From: an uncultured Deferribacteres bacterium
GTDB taxonomy: Bacteria > Zhuqueibacterota > Zhuqueibacteria > Zhuqueibacterales > Geothermadaptataceae
Reading direction: 5' to 3'
Assembly (NCBI GenBank): GCA_964014485.1
Contig: CAXHAT010000266.1
Coordinates: forward strand, 1 to 8,733
Length of the DNA: 8,733 bases
Made by a program: the position numbers and the translations under genes. Below, piece by piece: positions 7,116-8,733 of this stretch. The notes below the pieces were generated by a model, which worked only from the letters and a program-made list of their open reading frames with translations, did not search any database and was not told the DNA's origin. Positions within the stretch are counted from its first letter, which is position 1; each line of letters opens with the position of its first letter.

Positions 7116-8733
7116 ATGATGAACGATGCGGCAACAAACTCGACGTCCGTTCCGCCCGCAGGGCAACCCGAAGTCGTTCGCGATCCTCTGCCGCTTGTCC
7201 GACAAACCGTGCGTTCGCTGCTTTTGTCGAGTCCCGCTTTTCGCGAGCTTGACGATGAGCAGAAAAAGCAGATGGCCGCGGCGATGGTTAAGGTTTGCCA
7301 CGCCGCCGCCTCAATGGTTCGCGAGGAAATGCAGAGCGACGAGCAAGTCGCCGGCGCGCTTTCGGCGGAGCGGGAAAACGGAGCTTTTGCTAATGACCTC
7401 CGGGAGGACGCTCCCGCCGCGCCATTAGCGACGACCCAGGGCTTTGGCGACGCCGCGAATCGTGTTGCGGGAACGACGCGGAGCATTCTGAACGCCGTTT
7501 CTTTTCCCCGATTCGTCACCGAACTCATCAACGGCGTTTTTAAGGCCATTGTCGATTCCAGCCAGCAGCAAATGCACGGTTATGTTGAGTTATTGAATAA
7601 CGTTGCCGCTTCGCTAGACGGATTTGCCGGCGCCAATTACGGCCCGGATCGCGCGCGCCAATGGCTGGCGGAACGCTACCCCGGCTCATTCGAAATCATC
7701 GGTGAAGTTTTAGAAGGCGGTTCAAGGAAAGATCCAAACGACGATTGGGAGACTGACGAGGATGAGAGCGGGGGAGAATTGACTTTAAGATTAAGGCCGG
7801 GCGCCTCTCCTCCTCCGCCGGAAACTCTGCGGGTGGATTTGGGTTTGGGACAAAACGAAACAATCCCCACGGGCGATCCTGAGAGAACACTGGTTCCCTT
7901 GGTTAGGCGCGCATTGGCGCGGCAACGTCAGCAAATGTTGGCAACGATGGTGATGATGGGCATGCAGCGTATTGTCATTGACGCCGGACGCATTACCGCT
8001 TCGATGCGGTTTCACATCGATACGCGCAGCGCTCTCAACGAAGACAAGGCCAGTCGGTTCGATTTTCAACATCAATCCAGCGGTGCAGCGAGTTATGGCG
8101 GCGGGCCTTGGGGGGTAAGCGCTTCGATGACAAATACAATCGGCTATGTCAACACACAGCGAACGCAAACCACTGAGGAGTTGAACACAGAACTCGATTT
8201 GAATTCGTCGGTGGAGTTGAATTTCCGGACGGATTACTTGCCGCTAGACCGCATGACCGGCGATGATCGCGCCAAACTCATCCGGGCGAACTCTCTCAAT
8301 CCGGAAACGGAAGCCCGCCTCGCTTCGGAGGCGGCGAGAGAACGTCAGTCGAGACGAGACAATGCCGCAACGCGTGAAGCCTCCAGAAGAACCCAAATCG
8401 ATACTGATACCAGACCCCGCCAAACGCCGCGAGCCACTCCAGGGGCTCCCGGAACTGTTGAACACGCTGAACGGGCGCGGCGGGAAGCGCAAACGCGCGA
8501 GCGACAAAGCGGTTCCGGCGGCCAACCGTCGACCGGCGGGACTGGCGGGGACCAATCGGGAAGCGCTCGTCCGTCGACCGGCGGAACTGGCGGCGGCCAA
8601 TCAGGAAGCGCTCGTCCGTCGACCGGCGGAACTGGCGGGAGCCAATCGGGAAGTGCTCGCCCGACGACCGGCGGAACTGGCGGAACTGGCGGCGGCCAAT
8701 CAGGAAGCGCTCGTCCGTCGACCGGCGGAACTG
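7116..8733 (+). CDS. Hypothetical protein B3 (more than 539 aa, 3' partial), family B paralog with an Arg/Glu-rich extension and a Gly/Ser/Thr tandem-repeat tail
   Basis: Not in the ORF track. Hand translation from ATG 7116/7119 (GAGG at 7107-7110) shows no stop to the window end: MMNDAATNSTSVPP...VRSLLLSSPAFRELDDEQKKQMAAAMVKV...VSFPRFVTELINGVFKAIVDSSQQQMHGYVELLNNVA...RQQMLATMVMMGMQRIVIDAGRI...VELNFRTDYLPLDRM. Confidence 0.92.
   Translation, partial: MMNDAATNSTSVPPAGQPEVVRDPLPLVRQTVRSLLLSSPAFRELDDEQKKQMAAAMVKVCHAAASMVREEMQSDEQVAGALSAERENGAFANDLREDAPAAPLATTQGFGDAANRVAGTTRSILNAVSFPRFVTELINGVFKAIVDSSQQQMHGYVELLNNVAASLDGFAGANYGPDRARQWLAERYPGSFEIIGEVLEGGSRKDPNDDWETDEDESGGELTLRLRPGASPPPPETLRVDLGLGQNETIPTGDPERTLVPLVRRALARQRQQMLATMVMMGMQRIVIDAGRITASMRFHIDTRSALNEDKASRFDFQHQSSGAASYGGGPWGVSASMTNTIGYVNTQRTQTTEELNTELDLNSSVELNFRTDYLPLDRMTGDDRAKLIRANSLNPETEARLASEAARERQSRRDNAATREASRRTQIDTDTRPRQTPRATPGAPGTVEHAERARREAQTRERQSGSGGQPSTGGTGGDQSGSARPSTGGTGGGQSGSARPSTGGTGGSQSGSARPTTGGTGGTGGGQSGSARPSTGGT
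8526..8733 (+). repeat. Coding tandem repeat with a 45-bp unit encoding PSTGGTGG(D/G/S)QSGSAR; at least 4.4 copies, truncated by the window end
   Basis: Units start at 8526, 8571, 8616, 8661 and 8715. The fourth unit is 54 bp because of an extra GGCGGAACT (Gly-Gly-Thr). All units are in frame with B3. Confidence 0.95.

Noticed and set aside
4201..7963. 20-nt exact match ACGATGGTGATGATGGGCAT between B1 (4201-4220) and B3 (7944-7963) as a recombination site or gene conversion
   Set aside because: It is explained by the conserved Met-rich peptide TMVMMG, which has little codon freedom; the flanks diverge.
7935..8010. Resemblance of B3 MGMQRIVIDAGRI to gas vesicle GvpA (KGIVIDAW)
   Set aside because: Only five residues match, the match is not kept in B1 or B2, the proteins are far larger than GvpA and no gvp accessory genes are present. 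A remote topological analogy cannot be supported without structure comparison.
352..8600. Numerous minus-strand and alternate-frame ORFs (e.g. 352-843, 1717-2340, 3847-4359, 6947-7549, 7126-7428, 8244-8600)
   Set aside because: They overlap long plus-strand genes whose frames are supported by paralog or motif conservation, and are typical shadow ORFs of GC-rich coding DNA.
8526..8733. 45-bp repeats as a CRISPR array
   Set aside because: The units are contiguous with no unique spacers, their lengths are multiples of 3 in a coding frame, and no cas genes are present.
418..8733. Assignment to a prophage, eCIS, T6SS or a known anti-phage system
   Set aside because: I recognise no sheath, tube, baseplate, VgrG, capsid, NTPase, nuclease or TIR/SIR2 motifs in any of the six proteins.

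Overview
The window holds one co-directional (+ strand) cluster of at least six large genes, none with a recognisable gene symbol. It is preceded by about 340 bp of intergenic DNA rich in short palindromic repeats. Gene order: A1 (418-2361), a DMATS/ABBA-prenyltransferase-like gene (2339-3379), B1 (3406-4716), B2 (4742-5944), an inverted REP pair, A2 (about 6134-7108) and B3 (7116 to beyond 8733). B3 is absent from the supplied ORF track because it runs off the window; I translated it by hand. A2 is a paralog of the C-terminal helical domain of A1. B1, B2 and B3 are paralogs sharing a 41-aa N-terminal helical module, a conserved helical core and a predicted long beta-hairpin of 88, 70 and 60 aa, each with one Trp near its midpoint. 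B3 ends in a 45-bp coding tandem repeat (PSTGGTGGxQSGSAR). My best hypothesis is an undescribed multi-subunit, possibly pore-forming or filament-forming, assembly with a dedicated prenyltransferase-fold partner. Paralogy and repeats are read directly from the sequence; family and function assignments rest on recalled motifs and need HMM or structure confirmation.
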